Assembly: GCA_043822065.1 (NCBI GenBank)
Contig: JBDRCC010000007.1
Span: 79,373-143,372, forward strand
Length of the DNA stretch: 64,000 bases
Direction of reading: 5' to 3'
From: an archaeon
GTDB lineage: Archaea > Undinarchaeota > CAZHTU01 > JBDRCC01
How positions within the stretch are numbered: the stretch's first letter is position 1; the number at the start of each line of letters is the position of its first letter. The notes beneath the pieces were generated by a model. That model did no database searches. It saw nothing but the letters and a program-made list of their open reading frames with translations, and was not told the origin of the DNA. The position numbers and the translations under genes were made by a program. This document shows positions 10,005 through 19,257 of this stretch, piece by piece.

Positions 10005-10343
10005 ATGCCGAGGCACCAGAGATGCTCATTCTGCGGCAGGGACTTTGAGCCAGGCACTGGGATAAATCTCGTCACGAACGACGCGATTGTCCACCCCTTC
10101 TGCACGAGCAAGTGCAGGAAGAACTACGCCCTTGGGCGAAACCCCATTCGCGTAAGGTGGACTCTCAGGTACAAGCAGTTCCGCGAGGAGACCCTTGGTA
10201 TCCGCAAGGCATCCGAGCAGAAGGCTGAGGCTAAGAAGGCCGAGCCGCCGAAAGCGGAGAAGCCAGCCGTAAAGAAGCCGGCAAAAGAGAAGACGGTTTC
10301 CCAGCGCAAACTCAGAAAGAAGGAATCAAGGCAGAAGAAATAG
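10005..10343 (+). CDS. rpl24e: 50S ribosomal protein L24e with C-terminal tail
   Basis: CSFCGRDFEPGTG..FCTSKC..RNPIRVRWT. Confidence 0.96.
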   Translation: MPRHQRCSFCGRDFEPGTGINLVTNDAIVHPFCTSKCRKNYALGRNPIRVRWTLRYKQFREETLGIRKASEQKAEAKKAEPPKAEKPAVKKPAKEKTVSQRKLRKKESRQKK

Positions 10344-10346
10344 TGC

Positions 10347-11237
10347 ATGCCTTTAGAGCGCTATAGCCGGGTTCTCTCCGGGAACGAGCTTCCAAACTTC
10401 AAAATCTCGCGCGAGCAGGGCGACCTATCCCAAAAGGCAGGCGAGGCGGAGATACTTCTCCACTCCTGCGCCCTCTGCGAGCACAACTGCAGGGTCGACC
10501 GCCATACTACGGCCGGGGTCTGCGGTGTGGGCGCAGAAATGCGGGTCGCATCCGACTTCATTCACCTCGGCGAGGAGCCCGAGCTTGTCCCGAGCTACAC
10601 TATATTCTTTGCAGGCTGCAACATGAAGTGCCAGTACTGCCAGAACGCTGACATCTCGCAAAACGCGCTGGCAGGCCACCCAGTCAAGCCGTGGTCCCTG
10701 GCTTATATGATCGACAGCCATCCGACGGCAAAGAACGTCAATTTCGTCGGCGGCGAGCCCACCCCCCACCTCGCAGGCATACTTCGCGCCCTGACCGAAG
10801 TCAAGTCAAACATCCCGGTCGTCTGGAACTCAAACATGTACCTTAGCGAAAAGGGCATGTCCCTCCTCGACGGGGCGGTCGACGTCTGGCTTACCGACTT
10901 CAAGTACGGCAACGACAAGTGCGCAAAGCGGCTGTCCAAGGTTGGCAATTACTGGAAAGCCGTCACGCGCAACCACAAGCTGGCTGAAACGACCAAATAC
11001 CCAAGCGAGCTGCTTATCCGCCACCTTGCCCTGCCGGGGCATCTTGAATGCTGCACCAAGCCAATCATCGACTGGATTTCAGAGAACCTAAACAACCCCA
11101 GAATCAACATCCTGGACCAGTACCGCCCACAGTACGAAGCACATAAATATAAAGAAATCAATAGACCTCTGAAGCCGGAGGAGCATGGCGAAGCGGTGCG
11201 CTACGCCAAAAAGCTCGGCTTAACCAACATAGTATAA
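10347..11237 (+). CDS. Radical SAM protein, PflX family
   Basis: CALCEHNCRVDR..GVCG, HLGEEPELVPSYTIFFAGCNMKCQYCQN, GGEPTP, DFKYGND, RHLALPGH. Confidence 0.9.
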   Translation: MPLERYSRVLSGNELPNFKISREQGDLSQKAGEAEILLHSCALCEHNCRVDRHTTAGVCGVGAEMRVASDFIHLGEEPELVPSYTIFFAGCNMKCQYCQNADISQNALAGHPVKPWSLAYMIDSHPTAKNVNFVGGEPTPHLAGILRALTEVKSNIPVVWNSNMYLSEKGMSLLDGAVDVWLTDFKYGNDKCAKRLSKVGNYWKAVTRNHKLAETTKYPSELLIRHLALPGHLECCTKPIIDWISENLNNPRINILDQYRPQYEAHKYKEINRPLKPEEHGEAVRYAKKLGLTNIV

Positions 11238-11260
11238 TCCAACAATCCTAAAACGACTTT

Positions 11261-11348
11261 GCGGGAGTGGCGGAGTCTGGAAAACGTGCCCGGTTCAGGG
11301 CCGTGTGGCTTAGTGCCTACGAGGGTTCAAATCCCTTCTCCCGCACCA
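11261..11348 (+). tRNA. tRNA-Leu(CAG), CCA encoded
   Basis: Acceptor GCGGGAG/CTCCCGC-A-CCA, anticodon loop TTCAGGG, variable arm TGGCTTAGTGCC shared with the other tRNA-Leu. Confidence 0.94.
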
Positions 11349-11361
11349 TATCTCTCTGCGT

Positions 11362-12117
11362 TCAGCGGCTCTTCCAATCCGAGACGAAGCGCTCTAGCTT
11401 CCTGAAGTCCTTTTCTGTGTCTTCGATTGCGGTTGGCACGTATTTCGCAGTCCTGCTGGCGTCGCCCAGCTCCCCTTTAATCATCTCCCCCCACTTTTTC
11501 ATTTCGCTTATGTCTTGCCTCGCCCTGCCCAGGATGAACTCCGCGCCAAGCCCGAGCTCCTTCGCGAGCACCAATGAGTTGTAGAGCCCGCATTTCGAAT
11601 CATCATAAAAGTCGTCCATCTCGCCCACAAACTCGCCGTGGTCCAGCCGCGGGCGCAGGAACTCTCGCATCATCTTCAGGCATTTAGGCTGAACCCTGCC
11701 GTACCCTTCCGCAAGCCTGAAGCAGATGTCGAAGTCGCAGTGCTTGCGCGCCCAGATGTCCACCATCATCCGCATCGCAGTCTTTTTGTCCAGCGAACGC
11801 TTCCTGCGGAGCTCCATGGCGGTGCATTCCAGGGAGAACAGCTCCTCTACCCTGCTTATCATTGCCTGGCTTTCCGCCCCTGGCGCTAAAAACCTGCCGA
11901 TGTCCAGTCTCATCTTCCCGGCTTCCTTTCCAAACTCGCTGCAGCTTGCGCTTCGCATGCACTCAAACTTCTCGTCGTACTTGTATACTACGCGGAAAAA
12001 GCGTAGAAGAAGGTCAGCCAGCTCATGCGCTTTGGCGGCAGGTATGTCATAAAGCTCCAGCGCGTCGCCCATCACAAAATTTACGTGGGTGCGGCACTTT
12101 TTCTCAGCCCCGTCCAT
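11362..12117 (-). CDS. Hypothetical helical protein, possible class I isoprenoid/terpene synthase fold
   Basis: Acidic motifs YKYDEKFE and GEMDDFYDDSKCGLYN with RKHCD between them; confidence refers to the fold guess. Confidence 0.5.
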   Translation of the reverse strand: MDGAEKKCRTHVNFVMGDALELYDIPAAKAHELADLLLRFFRVVYKYDEKFECMRSASCSEFGKEAGKMRLDIGRFLAPGAESQAMISRVEELFSLECTAMELRRKRSLDKKTAMRMMVDIWARKHCDFDICFRLAEGYGRVQPKCLKMMREFLRPRLDHGEFVGEMDDFYDDSKCGLYNSLVLAKELGLGAEFILGRARQDISEMKKWGEMIKGELGDASRTAKYVPTAIEDTEKDFRKLERFVSDWKSR

Positions 12118-12224
12118 ATTACCAAAATGGCAGGCATATTATTAATACCTTGTGCCGGTCTGTCCGACTCAAAACAAAGTACCCACTCCAGGTGGGTTCT
12201 GCCATCCTGGCGTGTTCTGGCACC

Positions 12225-12449
12225 CTATTTTGTGGATTTCTTCTTCTCTGTGATGCCAAAAAGGTCGTACCACATCATCAGGCCGCTTCCAAGAAGGAGC
12301 ATGCTGACGAGGTAGTACGCCACCGGCATCAAAGTTATTGCGCCGCCCGCGTTCCACTGCACTGCAAAGCCCTTCACAAATAGGGCTATGCCAGCAGTCC
12401 CCAAAACAGTCATACTAAGGAAATGGCCCTTATTCTTGGTATTGTACAT
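12225..12449 (-). CDS. Small two-TM membrane protein
   Basis: 74-aa ORF, two hydrophobic helices, basic C-terminus. Confidence 0.65.
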   Translation of the reverse strand: MYNTKNKGHFLSMTVLGTAGIALFVKGFAVQWNAGGAITLMPVAYYLVSMLLLGSGLMMWYDLFGITEKKKSTK

Positions 12450-12532
12450 AATTCTATTTCCAAAAGCATCCCTTCTTATAAACCTTTGCCTGAGAGCAAA
12501 GTTATATACCGTGGCGCAATGGTAATTTTTAA

Positions 12533-13210
12533 ATGGAATCTTCCGAGGTCTTACGAAAATTGCAGTCCCTATCTGACCCGAAAAACGTTGCAGGCATGGC
12601 GCGGTTTGGGATTAGCTCCAAGAACACGCTTGGAGTCCCCGTCCCGGAGCTTCGCGCAATCGCAAAGCAGGCAGGGAAGGACCACAAGATTGCTCTTAGG
12701 CTTTGGAAGTCCGGAATCCACGAGGCGCGGATTCTGGCGAGCATGGTGGAAGAGCCGGCGAAGGTGACAGAGGCGCAGGCCGATGCATGGGTTGCCGGAT
12801 TCGACTCCTGGGATGTGTGCGACCAGTGCTGCATGAACCTCTTCTGGACGCTGCCCTTTGCGAATAAAAAAATATTCGAATGGGCGAAGCGGGACGAGGA
12901 GTACGTCAGGCGGGCCGCGTTCGCCCTCATCGCCAGCATTTCCGTGAAAGACAAAAAGATGCCTGGCAGTGAAATCGAGCGGTTTTTCCCGTTGATAAAG
13001 GAGTACTCCACAGATTCTCGGAACTACGTCCGGAAGGCCGTAAACTGGGCGCTGCGGCAGATCGGAAAAAGGAACTCAAAGCTGAACCTGAAGGCGGTCG
13101 CGGTCGCGAAGGAAATCCAGAGAATAGACTCGAAATCTGCGAAGTGGGTTGCGGCTGATGCCCTGCGGGAATTGACCAGCGGGGCGGTCCAAAAACGGCT
13201 TAAAAAATAG
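12533..13210 (+). CDS. DNA alkylation repair protein (AlkD-like HEAT-repeat glycosylase family)
   Basis: GMARFGI..LGVPVPELR, LWKSGIHEARILA, SWDVCD, RNYVRKAVNWALRQIGKRN. Confidence 0.88.
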   Translation: MESSEVLRKLQSLSDPKNVAGMARFGISSKNTLGVPVPELRAIAKQAGKDHKIALRLWKSGIHEARILASMVEEPAKVTEAQADAWVAGFDSWDVCDQCCMNLFWTLPFANKKIFEWAKRDEEYVRRAAFALIASISVKDKKMPGSEIERFFPLIKEYSTDSRNYVRKAVNWALRQIGKRNSKLNLKAVAVAKEIQRIDSKSAKWVAADALRELTSGAVQKRLKK

Positions 13211-13265
13211 ACCTACCAAAAGCTATTTATGTGCGGGTTTCTTTTCTTGTATGGGGTGAACCAAA

Positions 13266-13694
13266 TTGCCAGCTAAAAAGAAAGCCGCAAAGCCGAAAAA
13301 AGCGGCCGCAAAGCCAAAGAAAAAGGTTGCAAAATCTGCACCAAAGCCAAAGGTAGCACCACTTGCGCCGAGGCCAGCCTTCGCAAGGCCAGCTCAGGTC
13401 CAGGCGCCGGCAGCACCTGCAGGACCGCAGGCTCCAGCAAGCAAAGAGTATGTGGGGGACGTCGCAGCATATTTCGGCGGCGTGAGCGTCATAGCGATTG
13501 ACCTGACCGCCGGCCTGAATGTAGGCGACGAGATATGGGTTGAACGCGGGGACAACCTGAGCTTTAGGCAGAGGGTTGACTCAATGCAGATAGACAGGGT
13601 GCCAGTCCAATCCGCGACGAAAGGCCAGTCCGTCGGCATAAAAGTTAGCCAGAAAGCAGCCCCTGGAAACAAGGTTTACAGAATCACTAAGTGA
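13266..13694 (+). CDS. Translation-factor-like / U32 peptidase C-terminal beta-barrel protein with K/A/P-rich N-terminus
   Basis: TTG start with SD GGGGTGA; YVGDVAAYFGGVSV, LNVGDEI, FRQRVDSMQIDRVPVQSATKGQSVGIKV. Confidence 0.75.
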   Translation: MPAKKKAAKPKKAAAKPKKKVAKSAPKPKVAPLAPRPAFARPAQVQAPAAPAGPQAPASKEYVGDVAAYFGGVSVIAIDLTAGLNVGDEIWVERGDNLSFRQRVDSMQIDRVPVQSATKGQSVGIKVSQKAAPGNKVYRITK

Positions 13695-14388
13695 CCTTAA
13701 TGCCCATGCTCTGCAGGGCGGTTTTTGCCTTGCCGGCTGCAAGGCCCTTGTGAAGCCTTACGGCAGTTTTTAGCTCATGCACGTTTTCGTGCAGCGAAAG
13801 GTGCTCTAGCACGTAAAGCGAGATTCCAAGCATCTCCTCCGCGGTGAATATGCCGTGGTGGGTCTCTTTCGCCCCGAACAGCTTGGTTTCGATTTTGCCG
13901 ATGAGCCCGGTGCCGTCTTTAAGCTTGTCTGCGAGCAGCTCCTCTGCGATTTCTTTCCTGACGTCCCACATTACATAGAACAGGTACATCCCGGCAGTTA
14001 TCCTGGCAGCCTTCATCATGGACTCCGGCGCCGCAAGGAACTCCTCTAGAACATATATGTCTCCAATATCGCTGCCTGAAATCTTTTCTTTTGGTATTAT
14101 AAGTATCTCGACCGGTCGTCTGGAGCTGGTCATCATCCACTCCTTGAATGCCTCCCACGAGCTGCGCCTGCCGCCGATTTTCATCTTTTTGAGGTAGAGG
14201 CTGAGCCTGAGCTGGTCCATCATGTTCCGGCTCTTGATAATTTTTATCTCCCCCCTGTTGGGGTAGTACTGCTCCAGTCGCACTCTCTCTGCTTTGCCAG
14301 TCTTGGGGTTAGTAAGTGTGAGGGGGTGCGCATATGCCTCCCTAAGCACGTCGCAAATCTCTGAGTAAAGCTCGTTTGCAGTTTCCAT
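13687..14388 (-). CDS. Hypothetical protein
   Basis: 233-aa ORF divergent from infB; HENVH near C-terminus. Confidence 0.7.
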   Translation of the reverse strand: METANELYSEICDVLREAYAHPLTLTNPKTGKAERVRLEQYYPNRGEIKIIKSRNMMDQLRLSLYLKKMKIGGRRSSWEAFKEWMMTSSRRPVEILIIPKEKISGSDIGDIYVLEEFLAAPESMMKAARITAGMYLFYVMWDVRKEIAEELLADKLKDGTGLIGKIETKLFGAKETHHGIFTAEEMLGISLYVLEHLSLHENVHELKTAVRLHKGLAAGKAKTALQSMGIKVT

Positions 14389-14468
14389 GCGTTGCCTAAA
14401 TACTGAGTTCTATTTAACCTTTACTTGATAGGCAAATTATAAAAGATACGCAGGGCTAGTTCTGGGAT

Positions 14469-16220
14469 ATGATACGCCAGCCAATTATTTCCATACTTGG
14501 CCATGTCGACCACGGGAAGACGTCGCTCCTAGACTGGATACGCGGCTCGTCTGTTGTTGACAAGGAGGCTGGCAAGATAACCCAGCACGTTTCTGCCACT
14601 GAGGTGCCATTTGACGCCCTTAAGCGGATATGCTCAAGCATATCATCCGGCAAGTTCAGCGTCAAAGTCCCCGGCCTGCTCTTCGTTGACACTCCCGGGC
14701 ACGAGGCGTTCACCACCCTGCGGCGCAGGGGCGGCGCGCTTGCAGACATAGCCGTGCTCGTTGTCGACATAAACGAGGGCGTAATGCCCCAGACCGAGGA
14801 GAGCATAAGCATACTCAAGCACACGAAGACGCCGTTTGTCGTTGCAGCCACCAAAATAGACCTTCTGCCCGGCTGGAAGGAGAAAAAAAACTGCACTTTC
14901 TCCGAAGCGCTTTCGGCCCAGAAAGATTCGGTAAAAGAGGAGCTTGACAAGAAGCTATACCTGCTCGTTGGGAAGCTGAGCTCGTACGAGATATCCTCCG
15001 AGCGCGTTGACCGGGTTAACGATTTCACGAAGGAAATATGCATTGTTCCCGTTTCCTCGAAGCATGGCGTGGGAATCCAGGACGTCCTTACGCTCCTCTT
15101 GGGTCTTTCCCAAAAATTCCTGCAGGAGCAGCTCAAGGTCGAGGTCTCCGGCCCTGCCAAGGGCTCAGTGCTGGAAGTAAAAGAGGAGAAAGGCATAGGA
15201 TCGACTGCGGACGTCATAGTCTACGATGGAGTCCTGAAAAAGGGAGACCGCATCGTCCTGATGTCGAAAAACGGCCCGGTTGAGACGCGCGTCAGGGCGC
15301 TTTTCAAGCCTGCGCCAATGACTGAGACAAAATTCGGCAAGCAGTACCAGTCTGTTGACTCTGTATCTGCGGCAAGCGGGGTCAAGCTTTCAGCCCCGGG
15401 CATAGAGGACACGCTCGCAGGTTCGCCCCTGCGGGTGGTCGCCGGTGACAGCGAGGAGCTCAAGACGCAGATTTCCACTGAATTTGAGCACATAAGGATT
15501 GAGACAGAGGACCTCGGGTGTGTCCTAAAGGCGGACACCTATGGCTCCCTTGAGGCGCTGATTGCCTTCCTGAGCGAGAACCAGATTCCAATCCGGTACG
15601 CAGACATAGGCGCGGTTTCGAAGAGGGGAATTGCCGAGGCGGAAACGGTTGCGATTGCAGACCCGTTCCTCGGCGTGGTGTTTGCTTTCTGTGTTGACGT
15701 TCTGCCGGATGCGCGCGAGAAGGCGAAGAACTCAGGGATAAAAATATTCGAGGAGAACATCATCTACAAGCTGGTGGACGAATACAAGGCGTGGAAAGAC
15801 GCAGAGATGGTGCGCCAGAAGTCAAAGAAGCTTGACGGAATACCAAAGCCGGCGTACATCAGGTTCCTGCCCGGCTACGTCTTCCGCCAGAAGGATCCTG
15901 CTGTCTTTGGGATTGAGATTCTTGAGGGCACCCTCTTGCCCAAAACCCAGCTGACGAACGCCTCAGGCAAGGTGGTCGGCACCGTAAAAGAGATGCAGCA
16001 CGAGGGTGAAACCATCCAGTTCGCGTCCTCCGGCCAGAAGGTAGCGCTTTCCCTTGAGGGCCCAACTATAGGCCGGCACATAAAAGAGGGGGAGTATTTC
16101 CTATCATACGTCACCGAAACCCAAATGGAAACTTTAAAAAACAACAAGAACCTACTCTCAGAGAGCGAAATTGCAGCTCTTAAACGAGTTATAATTTTAG
16201 CGCTTGATCAAAATGACTGA
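14469..16220 (+). CDS. infB: Translation initiation factor IF-2 (aIF5B)
   Basis: IRQPIISILGHVDHGKTSLLD, EAGKITQH, DTPGHEAF, GVMPQTEES, KADTYGSLEAL. Confidence 0.97.
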   Translation: MIRQPIISILGHVDHGKTSLLDWIRGSSVVDKEAGKITQHVSATEVPFDALKRICSSISSGKFSVKVPGLLFVDTPGHEAFTTLRRRGGALADIAVLVVDINEGVMPQTEESISILKHTKTPFVVAATKIDLLPGWKEKKNCTFSEALSAQKDSVKEELDKKLYLLVGKLSSYEISSERVDRVNDFTKEICIVPVSSKHGVGIQDVLTLLLGLSQKFLQEQLKVEVSGPAKGSVLEVKEEKGIGSTADVIVYDGVLKKGDRIVLMSKNGPVETRVRALFKPAPMTETKFGKQYQSVDSVSAASGVKLSAPGIEDTLAGSPLRVVAGDSEELKTQISTEFEHIRIETEDLGCVLKADTYGSLEALIAFLSENQIPIRYADIGAVSKRGIAEAETVAIADPFLGVVFAFCVDVLPDAREKAKNSGIKIFEENIIYKLVDEYKAWKDAEMVRQKSKKLDGIPKPAYIRFLPGYVFRQKDPAVFGIEILEGTLLPKTQLTNASGKVVGTVKEMQHEGETIQFASSGQKVALSLEGPTIGRHIKEGEYFLSYVTETQMETLKNNKNLLSESEIAALKRVIILALDQND

Positions 16221-16719
16221 ATTTAAACTTTCAGTGTCCGGCAAAGACGGGAAGGCATACAAGAAGCAGCTTTCCGGCAGCGACGCCGATGCACTCATTG
16301 GCAAAAAACTCGGCGAAACAATAAGCGGAGACATGTTAGGCCTCCCTGGGTACGAGCTCAAGATAACCGGCGGCTCGGACAAGGACGGCTTCCCAATGCG
16401 CCCCGGATTCCATGGTAGCAGGGTCGTAGAGCTTCTGCTTGCAGAGGGGCCAGGCTTCAGGCCGGCAACCAAAGGCGCAAGGAGGAAGAAGCGGGTCCGC
16501 GGAGACACGGTATCCGAATCAATCTGCCAGATAAACTTCAAAGTCACAAAGCAGGGCGGCAAAACACTCAGAGTGCTCCTTGGCGGAGATCAGGGCGCGG
16601 CTGAAAAGTCTCGGGACGAAGTTCTTGAAGAGAAGAAGAGGCAGATACAGGAGGCTTTGCTTAAGGTTGGTGAGGCAACAGCTGCCGAAGCGAAGAAAAA
16701 GGCCGCCGGGGGTGGCTAA
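16213..16719 (+). CDS. rps6e: 30S ribosomal protein S6e with C-terminal extension
   Basis: LKITGGSDKDGFPMR, GARRKKRVRG, QINFKV. Confidence 0.96.
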   Translation: MTEFKLSVSGKDGKAYKKQLSGSDADALIGKKLGETISGDMLGLPGYELKITGGSDKDGFPMRPGFHGSRVVELLLAEGPGFRPATKGARRKKRVRGDTVSESICQINFKVTKQGGKTLRVLLGGDQGAAEKSRDEVLEEKKRQIQEALLKVGEATAAEAKKKAAGGG

Positions 16720-16725
16720 TCATTC

Positions 16726-17940
16726 ATGACCCAGCCGGACGTTAGCATCGGTCTGGTAGGTCACATTGACCACGGCAAAACAACACTTACCGAAGCCCTA
16801 AGCGGCGTTTGGACCGATACTCATTCTGAAGAGCTAAAAAAAGGCATAACAATCAAGCTAGGCTACGCAGACACTACGTTCTACAAATGCAAAAAGTGCG
16901 ACGCGCCCGTCTGCTACTCTCCGACCAAGAAGTGCGAGGCGTGCGGCGGCGTGTGTGATGCAGTGCGGACAATATCCTTTGTCGATGCCCCTGGGCACGA
17001 GACGCTCATGGCGACAATGCTGTCCGGTGCCGCGATAATGGACGGCGCAGTCCTTGTCATAGCTGCGAACGAGCCCTGCCCGTCGCCGCAGACGAAGGAG
17101 CACCTAATGGCGCTCGACATCATCGGCAAGGAGAAGGTAGTTATAGTCCAGAACAAAATCGACCTTGTTACCAAGGAGCAGGCTATGGAGAACTACAAGC
17201 AGATAAAGGCGTTCGTGAAGGGCACCGTTGCTGAGAACTCCCCTATAATCCCAATCTCAGCCCAAAAGCGGCAGAACATCGATGCAGTCATAATGGCAAT
17301 CGAGACGCACATCCCCACCCCGAAGCGGGATGTGAAGTCCCCTCCAAAAATGCTCATCGCAAGGAGCTTTGACATAAACAAGCCAGGCACGAAGCCGAAA
17401 GACCTAAAGGGCGGCGTGCTCGGCGGCGCGCTTATTGCCGGCGAGCTGAAAGTCGGGCAGACAATAGAGATACTTCCCGGCGTGAAGCTCGGCGAAGGCA
17501 AGTGGCAGCCGGTAGAGACGGAAATTGACACGCTCTTTGCCTCAGGCAAGCCCCAGTCATCGGTGCACGCCGGCGGCTCAATAGGCATTGGGACCAAGCT
17601 TGACCCTGCCATGACGCGGTCAGACAACCTCTCCGGCAACCTGCTTGGCATTAAGACAAAGCTCCCGCCGCTCAGGACCGAACTTGACCTAAAGCCATCT
17701 CTCCTGAAAAAAGTAATCGGGCTCAAGGACGAGATTGACGTTGCACCTATCCGGACCAATGAGCCACTTATGCTGACCGTAGGCTGCACAATAACTGTGG
17801 GCGTAACTGTGAAGGCTGACAAAAACTCAATCAAGCTGAAGCTGAAGCTCCCCGTCTGCGCTGAAAAGGGCGACCGGGTAGTCATCTCGCGGCAGATTGA
17901 GCACAGGTGGCGGCTCGTTGGATACGGAACGATACTATGA
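16726..17940 (+). CDS. eif2g: Translation initiation factor 2 gamma subunit
   Basis: [27 protein letters not shown], Zn knuckle, [28 protein letters not shown]. Confidence 0.98.
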   Translation: MTQPDVSIGLVGHIDHGKTTLTEALSGVWTDTHSEELKKGITIKLGYADTTFYKCKKCDAPVCYSPTKKCEACGGVCDAVRTISFVDAPGHETLMATMLSGAAIMDGAVLVIAANEPCPSPQTKEHLMALDIIGKEKVVIVQNKIDLVTKEQAMENYKQIKAFVKGTVAENSPIIPISAQKRQNIDAVIMAIETHIPTPKRDVKSPPKMLIARSFDINKPGTKPKDLKGGVLGGALIAGELKVGQTIEILPGVKLGEGKWQPVETEIDTLFASGKPQSSVHAGGSIGIGTKLDPAMTRSDNLSGNLLGIKTKLPPLRTELDLKPSLLKKVIGLKDEIDVAPIRTNEPLMLTVGCTITVGVTVKADKNSIKLKLKLPVCAEKGDRVVISRQIEHRWRLVGYGTIL

Positions 17941-18353
17941 ACTGGCAGATATATGCTATACTCTCCTTAGTCCTCCTTGGTGCGTTCTACACGAGCATGA
18001 AGTTCGCCTTAGCGGCTGGCATAAACCCACAGCTTGCTGCAGTTGTCCTGCAATTTGCTGCGCTTGTATCGGTCGGGATTTATTTCATAGCCAACCGGGC
18101 TAGCATCCCGCTCCAGTACACCCAGACAAGCCTCACGTATGCTGTCCTTGCAGGGGTGTTCGTCGGCGCTGCCAACCTGGTGCTTTACCTTGCACTCAGC
18201 AGCGGGCCGGTCTCAAAAATAAGCCCAATAACCGGGATGGCCGTAATGATACCTGCTGTAGTCGGCATCCTTTACTTCAAGGAGCCCGCCAGCCTTAAGG
18301 TAATGGCTGGGCTTCTCTGCGCCGTTGCAGGCATTCTGCTCCTCTCTACATAG
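17937..18353 (+). CDS. EamA/DMT family membrane protein (single domain)
   Basis: About five TM helices, [22 protein letters not shown]. Confidence 0.85.
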   Translation: MNWQIYAILSLVLLGAFYTSMKFALAAGINPQLAAVVLQFAALVSVGIYFIANRASIPLQYTQTSLTYAVLAGVFVGAANLVLYLALSSGPVSKISPITGMAVMIPAVVGILYFKEPASLKVMAGLLCAVAGILLLST

Positions 18354-18731
18354 ATGGTGAAGCTACTACTAGACACAAACTTTCTCATGGTGCCTTTCCA
18401 GTTCGGGGTGGACATCTATTCTGAGTTCGACAGGATACTCCACGAGCCGTATACCATGTTTACCATCACTGCGGTGGAAGACGAGCTGGTCCGGCTTTCA
18501 AAGACCAAGCCCGCAGCAGCAGCCGCGCTGAAATTAGCAAAACTTAAAAAGGTGCGCATTATTCAGAATCCAGCAGATTCTCCGCAAGGGACAGACCCAA
18601 AAATCCTGGCTGCCGCGGAGTCAGAGGGTGCGGCGGTATGCACCAATGACTCTGCCCTCCGGAGGCAGGCTCGGGTGAAGGGCCTGAGGGTCATAACCCT
18701 TCGGCAGATGTCGCATTTAGTGGAGGCATAA
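18354..18731 (+). CDS. PIN domain nuclease (Fcf1/Utp24-like)
   Basis: LLLDTNFLMVPFQFGVDI, VCTNDSALR; conserved position near eif2g. Confidence 0.9.
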   Translation: MVKLLLDTNFLMVPFQFGVDIYSEFDRILHEPYTMFTITAVEDELVRLSKTKPAAAAALKLAKLKKVRIIQNPADSPQGTDPKILAAAESEGAAVCTNDSALRRQARVKGLRVITLRQMSHLVEA

Positions 18732-19249
18732 TGGCAAAATCACAGAAGAACCCTGAAAAATGGCCAGAATCCGTGGAGGTAGTCGTCACTATGCCTAAGG
18801 GCTCAAGGAACAGGTACTCTGTCCTTAAGTCTGCGGTCAAGGTCGAAAAGGTTTTCCCCCTCCCAAGCGTTGTCGAAACCGGGTTCATCTCCGGCACAGA
18901 GTCTGATGACGGAAACCCCTTAACAGCATTTGTCCTGGTGGATGAGCCAACCTTCCCTGGCTGCATAATCTCTGCGAGGCCAGTCGGCGTTTTGAAGCTT
19001 GCAAAAAAGGACATGTACATTGACCTAATCCTGCTGGTCCCCACTGCAGACCGGAGGTACGATTCGATCACGGAGCTGGAGGATGTCCAGGAGAGCGTAA
19101 AGAAGGACATTTCCAACTGGTTCCTTGGCGTCTCAAAAATGCTTGTTGCGCCGCTCGATACCGCGCCAGCCATCCAGGGCTGGGTGGGTTCGGCTCAAGC
19201 CAAAAACTCTATAAAGCATGCCGCGGATTTATTCAAGCGACGTCATTAG
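18731..19249 (+). CDS. ppa: Family I inorganic pyrophosphatase homologue, catalytically degenerate
   Basis: PKGSRNRY, GFISGTESDDGNPL, TFPGCIISARPVGVL; catalytic acidic residues replaced. Confidence 0.8.
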   Translation: MAKSQKNPEKWPESVEVVVTMPKGSRNRYSVLKSAVKVEKVFPLPSVVETGFISGTESDDGNPLTAFVLVDEPTFPGCIISARPVGVLKLAKKDMYIDLILLVPTADRRYDSITELEDVQESVKKDISNWFLGVSKMLVAPLDTAPAIQGWVGSAQAKNSIKHAADLFKRRH

Positions 19250-19257
19250 GTGTTACT

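Noticed and set aside
11325-14460. Integrated element at tRNA-Leu(CAG), or at the other tRNAs
   Set aside because: No duplicated tRNA 3' end (att site) and no integrase seen by eye.
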